Of a stretch of 64,000 nt of DNA, positions 10,162 through 19,844 are shown piece by piece. The stretch's first letter is position 1. The number at the start of each line of letters is the position of its first letter. The notes under the pieces are model-generated. The model made no database searches and was not told where the DNA came from. It was given only the letters and a program-made list of their open reading frames with translations. This DNA is from Anaeromyxobacteraceae bacterium (GTDB lineage Bacteria; Myxococcota; Myxococcia; Myxococcales; Anaeromyxobacteraceae). Position numbers and translations under genes: made by a program. The stretch lies in assembly GCA_047602405.1 (NCBI GenBank), contig JASGHJ010000001.1:1248001-1312000 (forward strand). The letters run 5' to 3'.

Positions 10162-11958
10162 ATGGCCACGAAGAAGCGGTCCCTCATCGCGCCGCCCGGC
10201 GGCCCGGCCTCCGGCCCGCAGGCGCGCCTCGCGCAGATGCGGATCGTCGCGCAGGACCCGTCGGTGCGCGGGAGGCACGGCGAGATCCTCACGGCCGTGG
10301 TCGACGTGCCGGCGGAGACGCTCGCCGCCGGACCGCGCGGCTACCGCGTCCACGTCATCGACTACGACGCCTCCACCGGCCGGCTCTACCCGCCGGTCGC
10401 CTATGACCGCGAGGCCGGAGGCTGGCGCGCCGATCCCGCCGCCGAGGTGACCGAGGAGGTCGTCCTCCGCGACACGGGCTTCCACGCCCAGAACGTCTAC
10501 GCGATCGTGATGCGGACGCTCGCGCGCTTCGAGTTCGCGCTCGGGCGGCGCATCGGCTGGGGCTTCGACGTCACCGGCCACCAGATCAAGGTGGCCCCCC
10601 ACGCGTTCGCGGACGCGAACGCCTTCTACTCGCGCCGCGACGAGGCGCTCCTCTTCGGCCACTTCCCCACGCGCGACGGGAAGGGCCACGTCTTCAGCTG
10701 CCTCTCCCACGACATCGTCGCCCACGAGACGAGCCACGCCGTGCTCGACGGGCTCCGCAAGCGCTTCATGGACCCGTCCTCGCCGGACCAGGCCGCGTTC
10801 CACGAGGGGTTCGCCGACGTGGTCGCGCTGCTCTCGGTCTTCGCCGTGAAGGAGGTCGTGCGCGTGCTCGTCGACGTGCCCGCCGGCGGGCGGGCCGACG
10901 CGCGCGGGCCGCTGCGCGACGTCTCGGTCGCGGCCCTGCGCCGCTCGGCGCTGTTCGCGCTCGGCAAGCAGTTCGGCCGGGAGATGGGCGCCATCGGCCG
11001 CAGCGCCCTCAGGGCCTCGGCGGACCTCGTCGCGCGGCCCGGGCTGGCGCGGCTGCCCGAGTTCGACGAGCCGCACCGGCGCGGGGAGATCCTCGTGGCC
11101 GCGATCCTGCACGCCTTCCTCGCGGTCTGGTCGCACCGGCTCACCGCCCTCCGCAGGCACGGCCCCGTCGATCGCGACCGCGCGGCCGAGGAGGGCTCGG
11201 ACATCGCCGACGACCTCCTCACCGTCGCCATCCGCGCGCTCGACTACTGCCCGCCGGTCCACCTGCGCTTCGGCCACTTCCTCTCCGCGATGGTCACGGC
11301 CGACCGCGAGGTCCGGCCGCGCGACGCGCGCTACGGCGTGCGCGACGCGCTCGTCGCGGCCTTCGAGGCGTTCGGCATCGGGCACGAGTCGGTGGGCCGC
11401 AGGGGCGAGGCCCGCGTCGACCCGGGCTGGCAGCAGGCCACGAAGCGGTTCGACTACGACCGCACCCGCTTCGAGTCGATGCAGCGCGATCCGGACGAGG
11501 TCTTCCGCTTCGTCTGGGAGAACCGGAGGGAGCTCCGGCTCTTCTCCGGCGCCTACACGCGGGTCCTCTCGGTGCGGCCCTGCGTGCGCGTCGCCCCGGA
11601 GGATGGCTTCACGCTCAGGGAGACGGTGGCCGAGGTCTTCCAGCAGCTCTCGATGCTCGCCGGCGAGCTCGGGGCGCACGGCATCGAGAAGCCCGAGGGC
11701 ATGCCGGACGACACGGCCATCATGCTGCTCGGCGGCGTGACGCTGGTCTTCGACGAGTACGGCCACGTGAAGTACACGATCGGCGACTCGGTCCACGACC
11801 CGTCGCGCCCCAACGTGCAGGCGCGGCAGAGCGAGCGCCTGAAGAGCCTCTGGGACCACGGCTTCTTCCGGAGGACCGCGGCGGCGGAGCGGCGCTTCTC
11901 GGCGGTCCACCGGGCGCGCAGCCTCGACCCGGTCACGCAGGCGAAGGAGGCGTGGTGA
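10162..11958 (+). CDS. Cytoplasmic gluzincin (thermolysin/M4-M36-like) zinc metallopeptidase
   Basis: ANAFY, HETSH (HExxH, 10723-10737), downstream FHEGFAD third-ligand motif; no signal peptide. Confidence 0.75.
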   Translation: MATKKRSLIAPPGGPASGPQARLAQMRIVAQDPSVRGRHGEILTAVVDVPAETLAAGPRGYRVHVIDYDASTGRLYPPVAYDREAGGWRADPAAEVTEEVVLRDTGFHAQNVYAIVMRTLARFEFALGRRIGWGFDVTGHQIKVAPHAFADANAFYSRRDEALLFGHFPTRDGKGHVFSCLSHDIVAHETSHAVLDGLRKRFMDPSSPDQAAFHEGFADVVALLSVFAVKEVVRVLVDVPAGGRADARGPLRDVSVAALRRSALFALGKQFGREMGAIGRSALRASADLVARPGLARLPEFDEPHRRGEILVAAILHAFLAVWSHRLTALRRHGPVDRDRAAEEGSDIADDLLTVAIRALDYCPPVHLRFGHFLSAMVTADREVRPRDARYGVRDALVAAFEAFGIGHESVGRRGEARVDPGWQQATKRFDYDRTRFESMQRDPDEVFRFVWENRRELRLFSGAYTRVLSVRPCVRVAPEDGFTLRETVAEVFQQLSMLAGELGAHGIEKPEGMPDDTAIMLLGGVTLVFDEYGHVKYTIGDSVHDPSRPNVQARQSERLKSLWDHGFFRRTAAAERRFSAVHRARSLDPVTQAKEAW

Positions 11959-13358
11959 TGGCGCCCGCCCTGAAGGCCGCGCGGCTGTTCACGTACCGGG
12001 TCGGCTTCGGCGACTGCTTCCTGCTCCGGCTCGAGTACGAGGACCGGCCGCGGCACGTGCTCGTCGACTTCGGCACGACCTCCGCCGCGATCGACCCCGC
12101 GGGCCCGTCCCTCGAGGACGTCGCGAAGGAGATCGCGGCCGACTGCCAGCGACCGGGAGGTCGCTCGGGAACCCAGGGCGGGACGCTCGACGCCATCGTC
12201 GCGACGCACCGGCACCGGGATCACGTCTCCGGCTTCGCGGGTGCGTCGTGGAAGATCCTGAAGGCCTTGAAACCCGGCCTCGCCGTCATGCCCTGGACCG
12301 AGGCGCCGGACGCGCCGGTCGACGGCGGGGTCGTCCCGACCGGCACCCGGCTCGCGATCGGCGAGGCCTCCGTCGCCCACGCGCGGACGCTCCAGGCGAT
12401 CCACCGGGTCGCGGCCGCCGCCGTGAAGGAGCTCGAGCGCCGCGACGGGGAGGACGCGCGCGACGGCGGGACGGAGGAGCCCGACGAGGACGCCGCGTCC
12501 GCCTGGGACGCTGCGGACCTCGGCCCGCCGTCGGTGAACGCGCCCTTCCCGAAGCGGCTCGCCGCGCAGCTGCGCTTCGTCGGGCTCGACAACCTGCAGA
12601 ACCCGGAGGCGATGGCGAACCTGCGCGGCCTCCCGCGGGTCGACTACGTCTGCTACGGATCGAAGACGCGGCTCGAGGACGTGCTCCCCGGCGTGAAGGT
12701 CCGCGTGCTCGGGCCGCCCACGCTCGCGCAGTCGGACGCCATCCGCAGGCAGCGCACCGTCGACCGCGACGAGTTCTGGCACGTCATGGCCGCCGCCGGC
12801 GAGCAGGTCGTGCGCCCCGGCGGCCCGGACCTCTTCCCCGGCGTGAAGACCGTCGGCCCGAGCGCGCTGCCGCTCGAGACCCGCTGGTTCCTGAGGCGGC
12901 TCGACGCGCTCCGCGCCGAGGAGCTGTTCGGCATCGTCCGCGCGCTCGACGACGTGCTCAACAACACGAGCGTGATCCTGCTCCTCGAGCTGCCGGTGAA
13001 GGGCGGGAAGCCGCGGCGGGTGCTGCTCCCCGGCGACGCGCAGCTCGAGAACTGGAGCTACGCGCTCGGGCGGCCGGGCGTGAAGGAGGCGCTCGCGGGC
13101 GTCGACGTCCTCAAGGTCGGCCACCACGGCAGCCTCAACGCCACGCCGAAGACGCTCTGGAACCTGCTCGAGAAGCGCGGCGGGCCCGGGAAGCGCGGCC
13201 GGCTGCGCACCGTGCTCTCGACGCGGAAGGGGAAGCACGGCTCGGCGCAGCGGGGCACCGAGGTGCCGCGCAAGCCGCTGCTCGAGGCGCTCCAGAAGGA
13301 CTCGGAGCTGACCTCGACGATGAAGGGCAAGGCGGTGCCGCCGATCGAGCTCCTGTAG
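11958..13358 (+). CDS. MBL-fold metallo-hydrolase (ComEC/Rec2-like) with large internal insertion
   Basis: VGFGDCFLL, VLVDFG, THRHRDH (HxHxDH), NNTSVIL, LPGDAQ, LKVGHHGS; TGATG overlap with the upstream gene and AAGGAGG RBS. Confidence 0.8.
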   Translation: MAPALKAARLFTYRVGFGDCFLLRLEYEDRPRHVLVDFGTTSAAIDPAGPSLEDVAKEIAADCQRPGGRSGTQGGTLDAIVATHRHRDHVSGFAGASWKILKALKPGLAVMPWTEAPDAPVDGGVVPTGTRLAIGEASVAHARTLQAIHRVAAAAVKELERRDGEDARDGGTEEPDEDAASAWDAADLGPPSVNAPFPKRLAAQLRFVGLDNLQNPEAMANLRGLPRVDYVCYGSKTRLEDVLPGVKVRVLGPPTLAQSDAIRRQRTVDRDEFWHVMAAAGEQVVRPGGPDLFPGVKTVGPSALPLETRWFLRRLDALRAEELFGIVRALDDVLNNTSVILLLELPVKGGKPRRVLLPGDAQLENWSYALGRPGVKEALAGVDVLKVGHHGSLNATPKTLWNLLEKRGGPGKRGRLRTVLSTRKGKHGSAQRGTEVPRKPLLEALQKDSELTSTMKGKAVPPIELL

Positions 13359-13376
13359 GTGCGGGAGGCCTCCGCG

Positions 13377-15696
13377 TCAGCGGACCGTGAACGTCGCGTG
13401 GAGCGATCGCGGATCGGAGGCGTCGGCCGAAGCCCCGACCCGCACGGCGTAGGCGAGCTTCTCGACCCTCATCGCCCCCGCCCCGGCGTCCCACCACGCG
13501 AGATCCTCCGCGCGGATGGAGAGGGACACCGGCCGGGTCTCCCCGGGCGCGATCTCCGCGACGCGGGCGAAGGCCTTCAGCTCCTGCGCCGGCCGGCCCC
13601 ACGCGCCCGCCACGGCGCTCCCCGGGTAGCTCACGTAGGCCTGCACCACGTCCGTGCCGGTCACCGGCCCGGTGTTGGTGACGTCCACCGTCAGCACGAC
13701 CTCGCCGTCGTCGGCCACCACCGGGGACTTCACCGAGAGGTTGGAGTAGGCGAACGTGGTGTAGCTCTGGCCGAAGCCGAACGGGTAGCGGGGCGTGATG
13801 CCTCCGCGGTCGAGCCACCGGTAACCGTGGAAGTAGCCCACCGCGACGTCCTCCGGAGTGGTGTTCGGGAACGGCGGGAGGTCCGCCTCCGCCACGGGGA
13901 AGCTCTGCACGAGCCGGCCGCTCGGGTTCAGGTCGCCGAAGACGAGCTCCCCGAGCGCGGTCCCCTCGCTCATGCCGCCGAACCACGCCATGAGGAGCGC
14001 GTCCACGCCGGTGACCCACGGATCGACCCGCACCGCCCCGCCGGCTCTTCACGATCACCACCACGGCGAGGCCGGGGTCGGCCTGCTTCAGGGCGACCGC
14101 CGCGGCGATGTTCGCGAGATCGCGGGCCGGGAGGGCCAGGGAGGCGCGGTCCTTCCACTGGCCCTCCTCGCCGGAGGCGCTCCTCGCGAGATCGGCCGGG
14201 TGGTAGGCCGCGATCACGAAGACGACCTGCGCGCCGGCGAGCTCCGCCTCGTGACCGGCCACGGTCGGGAACGTGAGCGCGCACCTCGCGGCCGAACCGC
14301 AGGCGGTCTTCGACGGGTTGGAGGCGCCGAGCGCAGCGGCGAGGCCCTCGTAGGGCGTCACCACGAGGCCGGGGTCCAGGGCGTACGTGGCGGACTCGCC
14401 CCGGTCCCCCGTCAGCTCGGCGTCCGCGAAGCTCCCGATCACGGCGAGCTTCGTCACGGCCTCGCGTGAGAGGGGCAGCACGTCGTCGGCGAGCGCCGCG
14501 GTGGGGCCGTTCTCCAGCAGGACCACGCCCTCCTCCGCGGCGCGCAGCGCGAGCGCGCGCGCGTCCGCGCCTTGCACGAGCCTGGGCGACGTGGAGGCCG
14601 GGTGGTCGAGGAGGCCGAACGCGACCTTGCGGCTGACGATCCGCAGCGCCGCCTCGTCGACGTACCGCGCGTCCACCACGCCCTGCTCGACCAGGCGCAC
14701 GAGGGACGCGCCGTAGGGGTAGCAGGGCCCGAAGTCACCGCACCACCCGCTGAAGGGCATGTAGACGTCGAGCCCTGCCGCCAGCGAGCGGAGGTCGCTC
14801 GCGTTCGCGAACCATTCGGAGACCGTGAAGCCGGTGAACCCCCAGCCGCCCCGGAGCACGCCGCGGAGGAGCGCCTCGCTGACGGTCACGTAGCTCCCGT
14901 TCACGCGGTTCGCGGGGGTCTGGACGGCCGCCGCGCCCTCTTTCACGGCGCGTGCGAGCGGGGCGAGGAGCACCTCGTGCAGGGTCCGTTCGTCCGCGAC
15001 GGCGTTCGCGTAGAACTTCGAGTCCTCGAGCCCGAGCTGACCGAGCTGGCCCGCGCACGCCATCACGCGGTACGTGTCCTCGAGGGGCTGGTCGGGGTCG
15101 GCAGGATCCACCGCCGCGGGATCGTGCTGCGCGCCGCGCACGAACGCCGCGCCCATCTCGCCCGTGAGGAACACGTCCTCGCCGTAGGACTCCTGCGCCC
15201 GGCCCCAGCGAGGATGGCGGACCGGGTCGAGCAGCGGCGCGACCAGCACGTGGTAGCCGGCGTACCGCACCTCGCGGGCGATCGCCTTGCCGATCCGACG
15301 CTCGAGCTCGAGATCCCAGGACGCCGCGCGCGCGGCCGCCACCGGGAACACGGTGGAGCCCTGGCCGTCGCCCCGCAGGCGCCGGGAGGCCATGCCGCGC
15401 GAGCCCCAAAGGTAGCCGAGCCCGGGGATGCCGAGGCGGGGCTCGTCCTCCTGCTGGTCCGCGTTCATCGGGTCGTACTGGCCCTTGCCACTCATCTGGC
15501 GGACCTTCTCCTCGAGCGTCATCTGCGCGACGAGCGCCTGCGCGCGGCGCACGGCGGGATCCGCGCAGGGCACGCCGGCGCGATCGGGGAGCGTGCAGTC
15601 GTACGGGTCGGGCTCCGGGCTGCTGGAGCCTCTGCAGGCCGCCGCGGCGAGCAGCGCCACGACGACGACGAACGTCGACCGATGCCGGGGGAGCAT
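13377..15696 (-). CDS. GH3 beta-glucosidase-like lipoprotein with Fn3-like C-terminus; apparent +1 frameshift at ~14043
   Basis: Lipobox LAAAAC; MTLEEKV, RLGIP, RHPRWGRAQESYGED, YPFGFGQSYTTF, QELKAF. Deleting one base gives VIVKSGGAVRVDPW and joins the two ORFs. Confidence 0.8.
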
Positions 15697-15772
15697 GCCG
15701 ACGAGGCTCGACCCCTCGCGGGTTCGCGTCCAGTGAAGCGATGCCGCAGCCGCACCGCGGGTGCGGCGGGCT

Positions 15773-16213
15773 CTACCCGCGCACCCGCTGCACGAACCAC
15801 CAGCGGTGGCCCTCGGGGTCGACCGCCTCGTACGAGCGGTCGGCCCAGAACTCCGCGCCGTAGTCGCTCGTCGTCGGCTCGACCGAGATCGTCGCGCCGG
15901 CCGCGCGGGCGCGGGCGCAGTGCGCGTCGGCGTCGTCGACGTAGAGCATCAGGCTCGACGTCACCTTCCCGCCGAGCGCCTTCGGGCTGACCTTCAGGTC
16001 CTCGCCCGGACGGCCGCGGCCGCCGAGGCTGTTGACCATCACGAGCGCGCCATCGAGCACGAGCTGGGAGTGCTCGATGCGGCCGTTCTGGCCCGGCACG
16101 ACGAGCTCCGCCTCGAAGCCGAACGCCTTCTGCAGCCAGGCGATGGCGGCCCTGGGGTCCTCGTAGTGCACGGCGACGCTCATCCGGGGCCAGCCGCGGG
16201 GAGGTGGGCGCAT
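15773..16213 (-). CDS. VOC/glyoxalase family protein
   Basis: AAIAWLQKAFGF, LYVDDADAHCARARAAGA, DPEGHRWWF. Confidence 0.88.
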   Translation of the reverse strand: MRPPPRGWPRMSVAVHYEDPRAAIAWLQKAFGFEAELVVPGQNGRIEHSQLVLDGALVMVNSLGGRGRPGEDLKVSPKALGGKVTSSLMLYVDDADAHCARARAAGATISVEPTTSDYGAEFWADRSYEAVDPEGHRWWFVQRVRG

Positions 16214-16352
16214 GGCGGAGGTATGTCCGACCCCCGCGCTAGAGTGGCGTCCCGATCGGGCCATCAGGCCCGACCGGTACCACGGCGCCACCCCGCCTCG
16301 ACGAGCTCCGCCGCCTCGACGAACTCCGCCTCACCACAACGCGACAGGCCCC

Positions 16353-17288
16353 ATGCTCCGACAGCTCATCAACGACTTCTCCTGGTCGAAGTCCCGCCAC
16401 GAGAAGTTCAAGGAGTGCAGGCGGGCCTACTGGTACACGTACTACGGCTCCTGGGGTGGCTGGGAGGCGCCGCGCGGCTCCGAGACGCGCGAGCTCTACG
16501 TCCTCAAGAAGCTGTCTTCGCGCTGGCAGTGGGCCGGCCACACCGTGCACCGGGCGGTGAAGGCGACGCTCGACCGCGCCCGCGTCACCGGCGACTTCTG
16601 GCCGGTCGACCGCGTCATCGAGCGCGCTCGGCTGCGCGCCCGCGCGGAGTGGGCGTCCTCGCGCGACAAGGCGTACTGGGGCGAGCCGTCGCGCATCCCC
16701 GGGCTCGTCGAGCACGAGTACGGTGAGGTCGTGCCGGACGGCGACTGGAAGCGCCTCTGGGACGCGACCGTCGAGGGCTCGCTGCGCGCGCTGTGGGCCT
16801 CGCCGACCTGGGAGGAGATCCGGCGCACGCCGGCGAAGGACTGGCTCACGGTCGACGAGCTCGTGGAGTGGTCGTTCGAGGGCACGAAGGTCTGGCTCGC
16901 GATCGACTTCGCCTACCGCGACGCCGACGGCCGCGTGCACGTCCTCGACTGGAAGACCGGCAAGGAGCGCGGCGTCGACCACGTGCAGGTCGGCATCTAC
17001 GCGCTCTACGCGAAGGACCGCTGGCAGGTGCCGGTGGACGGCGTCGTGGGCGGCCTCGTCTACACGGTGCCCGAGCAGCCGGGCGGCGTCGCCGAGCGCG
17101 TCTCGGTCGCGGTCGACGCGGCGTCGCTCGACTCCACGACCGCCGAGATGCTCACGTCCATCGCCGCCATGAAGGCGGTGCTCGCCGATCCCGAGAAGAA
17201 CGTCGCCGACCCGGCGCAGTTCCCGCGGCTCGAGGCGCGCGAGGCCTGCAGGCGCTGCCCGTTCCGGCGGCCCTGCGGCCGGGTCTGA
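16353..17288 (+). CDS. PD-(D/E)XK nuclease, RecB/AddB/Cas4-like (solo)
   Basis: WSKSR..F..C at the N-terminus, AIDFAY..VLDWKTG, QVGIYALY, C-terminal CRRCPFRRPC. Confidence 0.85.
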   Translation: MLRQLINDFSWSKSRHEKFKECRRAYWYTYYGSWGGWEAPRGSETRELYVLKKLSSRWQWAGHTVHRAVKATLDRARVTGDFWPVDRVIERARLRARAEWASSRDKAYWGEPSRIPGLVEHEYGEVVPDGDWKRLWDATVEGSLRALWASPTWEEIRRTPAKDWLTVDELVEWSFEGTKVWLAIDFAYRDADGRVHVLDWKTGKERGVDHVQVGIYALYAKDRWQVPVDGVVGGLVYTVPEQPGGVAERVSVAVDAASLDSTTAEMLTSIAAMKAVLADPEKNVADPAQFPRLEAREACRRCPFRRPCGRV

Positions 17289-17383
17289 GCCCACACGGGG
17301 GCTCCTCCTCGTTCGGGTGCGGGCGCCCGCCCGGGACCCGGTTAAGGGCCTCCGGTCCGATCCAGGACTGTCGAGGAGGCTCC

Positions 17384-17623
17384 ATGAAGGCGAACAAGCT
17401 GCTCCGGGTGCTCGTCGTCGGCGGAATCGCGCTCGCAGGCTCGGCCGGCGCCGCGCGCGCGGACGACAAGCCGGCCGGCGAGGCCCAGAAGGAGACGAAG
17501 CACGCCGCCAAGGGCGACGCCAAGGCGAAGGACGCCAAGGCCAAGAAGGACGCCGAGGCGAAGAAGGAGAAGGAAGAGAAGGAGAAGAAGGACGGCGAGG
17601 CCGGCGGCGTGAAGGGCTGGTGA
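17384..17623 (+). CDS. Small (79 aa) protein with signal-peptide-like N-terminus, K/E/D/A-rich middle and C-terminal GGVKGW
   Basis: GAGGAGG RBS, codon usage typical of the genome, TGATG coupling to the next gene. Confidence 0.75.
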   Translation: MKANKLLRVLVVGGIALAGSAGAARADDKPAGEAQKETKHAAKGDAKAKDAKAKKDAEAKKEKEEKEKKDGEAGGVKGW

Positions 17624-18351
17624 TGGACCTCGGCGGGCCGCCAGCGGTCCGGGCCGTCGCGGCCGCCGCCTGGCGGTTCCGCCACGCCGTCGAGTGCGAC
17701 GCCGAGCTCCGGTTCGCGCGACTCGCCGATCGCATCGAGCGGACCGGGCTCGCGCCCGCGCTCGTGGAGCTCGCGCGTCGCGCCTCGGCCGACGAGCGGC
17801 GCCACGCCGCGCACTGCGCGCGGCTCGCCGCGGCGCTCGGCGACCCGGTGCCGGACGGGCCGCCGCCCCCACCGGCCGACGTCGCGCCGCCCGGGCTCGA
17901 GGAGGAGGACGCGCTCACGTACGAGCTCGTCGCGGCCTCGTGCGTGACCGAGTCGGAGAGCGTCGCGGTGCTGACCGCGCTCCTCCCGGCGGCGAAGGAC
18001 CCGTCGCTCCGCGACGCCCTTCACGAGCTCGCGCGCGACGAGGTCGGACACGCGCGGCTCGGCTGGGCGTGGCTCGCCATCGCCGCTGCCCGCGGGAGGA
18101 CCGGGTTCCTCGGCCGGTGGCTGCCGGACATGCTGGCGGGGACCATCGACGACGACCTCTTCGGCGAGGTCGCGCCGTCCCGGGAGGACCCGGGGCTGCT
18201 CGCGCTCGGCGTCCTGCCGCACGCACGGAAGCGCGCGCTCTTCGTGCAGACGCTCGAGGAGGTCGTGCTCCCCGGGTTCGACGGCGCCGGGGTCGACACC
18301 GGGCCGGCGCGGGCGTGGCTGGCGGCGCGAGAGGCCGCGGCCCGGTCCTGA
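17623..18351 (+). CDS. Ferritin-like diiron domain protein
   Basis: E...DERRH and E...DEVGH paired diiron motifs. Confidence 0.75.
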   Translation: MDLGGPPAVRAVAAAAWRFRHAVECDAELRFARLADRIERTGLAPALVELARRASADERRHAAHCARLAAALGDPVPDGPPPPPADVAPPGLEEEDALTYELVAASCVTESESVAVLTALLPAAKDPSLRDALHELARDEVGHARLGWAWLAIAAARGRTGFLGRWLPDMLAGTIDDDLFGEVAPSREDPGLLALGVLPHARKRALFVQTLEEVVLPGFDGAGVDTGPARAWLAAREAAARS

Positions 18352-18393
18352 CCGGGGGCAGCGCGGCCGGGGCCTCACGAGCTGCGGGACTGC

Positions 18394-18690
18394 TCAGAGC
18401 TGCGCGGCGAGGAGCGACTTCAGGTGCTTCACGTACGCCAGGAAGGCGGCGCGGCCCCGCTCGGTGAGCCGGTAGGTGGAGCGGGGCTTCTTGCCAGCGA
18501 AGCCCTTCTTCACCGCCACGTAGCCCGCCTCCTCGAGCTTCGTGAGGTGCACGGAGAGGTTGCCGTCCGTGGCGCCCACCCGCTCGCGCAGGTGCGTGAA
18601 CTCGGCCTCGTCGAGCGTCGCGAGGAGCGAGAGCACCGCGAGCCGGACCGGGGCGTGGACGATCGGGTCGAGCTCCGGGAGCTCAGGCAC
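18394..18690 (-). CDS. Winged-helix (MarR/ArsR-like) transcriptional regulator
   Basis: LDPIVHAPVRLAVL, TDGNLSVHLTKLEEAGYV, YRLTERGR. Confidence 0.88.
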   Translation of the reverse strand: MPELPELDPIVHAPVRLAVLSLLATLDEAEFTHLRERVGATDGNLSVHLTKLEEAGYVAVKKGFAGKKPRSTYRLTERGRAAFLAYVKHLKSLLAAQL

Positions 18691-19273
18691 GGGCGCCTCC
18701 GGCCCGCTCCTGCGCCATGAGCCAGAGCCCGAAGGCGACCTCGAAGAGGAGCGCCGCGGCGGCGAACGCGGCCTGCCCGGCCGCGGTGGGCGCGCGGGCG
18801 ACGACGAGCGAGGTCACGAACCAGCCCGCGCCGACGGCGAGCTGCAGGCGGAGGTCCAGCATGAGGCCGCTCGCGACGTTCGCGCCACCCAGGAGGAGGA
18901 GGATGAGGGCGACGAGCGCCTCGCGGGAGAGGCCGGCGCCCGGAGCGAGCGCGATGAGGACGAAGAGGCTCACCACGAATGCGTTCCAGATCGCCGCGAC
19001 ACCGCGCGCCGGCTGCGTCCGCGGCTGGCCACGGCGCAGCACCGTCGCGAGCACGGCGGTGGCGACGCCGCAGCCCATCATCGTCACGCCCCACGCGAGG
19101 TTCTGCTGATCCGGGGCGAGCGCGGTCCACCCGAGCGCCGCGAGGTGGCCGGCGCCCCAGAGCACGAACGCCCACCCCCAGCGCCACGTCGTCCTGCGCC
19201 CGTCGGCGATCATCTTCTCGATGAGCTCGATGCGCCCCACGAGCTCGCTGCCCTGCGTGCCGTGCTCGGTCAT
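18683..19273 (-). CDS. Hypothetical membrane protein, co-transcribed with the regulator
   Basis: GGAGGT RBS, ~6 hydrophobic segments, 8-nt overlap with the regulator. Confidence 0.7.
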   Translation of the reverse strand: MTEHGTQGSELVGRIELIEKMIADGRRTTWRWGWAFVLWGAGHLAALGWTALAPDQQNLAWGVTMMGCGVATAVLATVLRRGQPRTQPARGVAAIWNAFVVSLFVLIALAPGAGLSREALVALILLLLGGANVASGLMLDLRLQLAVGAGWFVTSLVVARAPTAAGQAAFAAAALLFEVAFGLWLMAQERAGGARA

Positions 19274-19360
19274 CGCAACCTCCATGCAAAGCACTTTGTA
19301 CAGCAAAGTACGTGAAGTCAAGGCCAGGGAGGTTCCTCCGTGAAGACGGGGACTTCGGGA

Positions 19361-19396
19361 GTGTCCGGCACCGCCGGGCTCAACGTGTCCGGCACC
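19361..19396. repeat. Two copies of dispersed 12-mer GTGTCCGGCACC
   Basis: Exact copies at 19361-19372 and 19385-19396; more at 22966, 51029, 51157, and reverse-complement copies at 58346, 58363, 63451. Confidence 0.75.
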
Positions 19397-19844
19397 GCAG
19401 CTTCACCGCCCGCACCGCCACGCCGCCCGGCAGCGGCACGCGGACGGCGGGGCCGTAGCGGAAGCCGAGCGCCTCGTAGAACGGCACGGCGCCGGGGGCG
19501 GCGAGCGCGACGACCGAGGCGTGGCCGGCGCGACGCGCGCGGGCGAGGAGCGTCCGCACGAGGCGCGCGCCGAGGCCTCGACGCGCATGGCGCGGGTGCA
19601 CGAAGCACGCGCTGAGCTCGCGCCCGTGGAGCGCGGCGTAGGCGACGACGCGCCCCCGGTGCTCCGCGACGAGGTACCGCTCGCCGCCGACGCTCATGGC
19701 CCAGCGGTGATACAGCGGCGGCAACGAGGACCACGCGGCGAGCGTGCGCGCGGGGACGGTCCCGCGCGCGAGCCCCAGGATCGCGGCGCGCATCACGCGC
19801 GCGCAGGCCGGGGCGTCGGCGAGCGTGCCGCGCCGGAGCTTCAC
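19380..19844 (-). CDS. GNAT family N-acetyltransferase
   Basis: GTG start overlapping the M14 stop (GTGA); FVHPRHARRGLGARL, AVPFYEALGF. Confidence 0.8.
   Translation of the reverse strand: MKLRRGTLADAPACARVMRAAILGLARGTVPARTLAAWSSLPPLYHRWAMSVGGERYLVAEHRGRVVAYAALHGRELSACFVHPRHARRGLGARLVRTLLARARRAGHASVVALAAPGAVPFYEALGFRYGPAVRVPLPGGVAVRAVKLRCRTR

Noticed and set aside
16290..16340. Possible mini-CRISPR beside the Cas4-like nuclease
   Set aside because: Only two short, nearly abutting repeats, with no spacer-length intervals and no cas genes.
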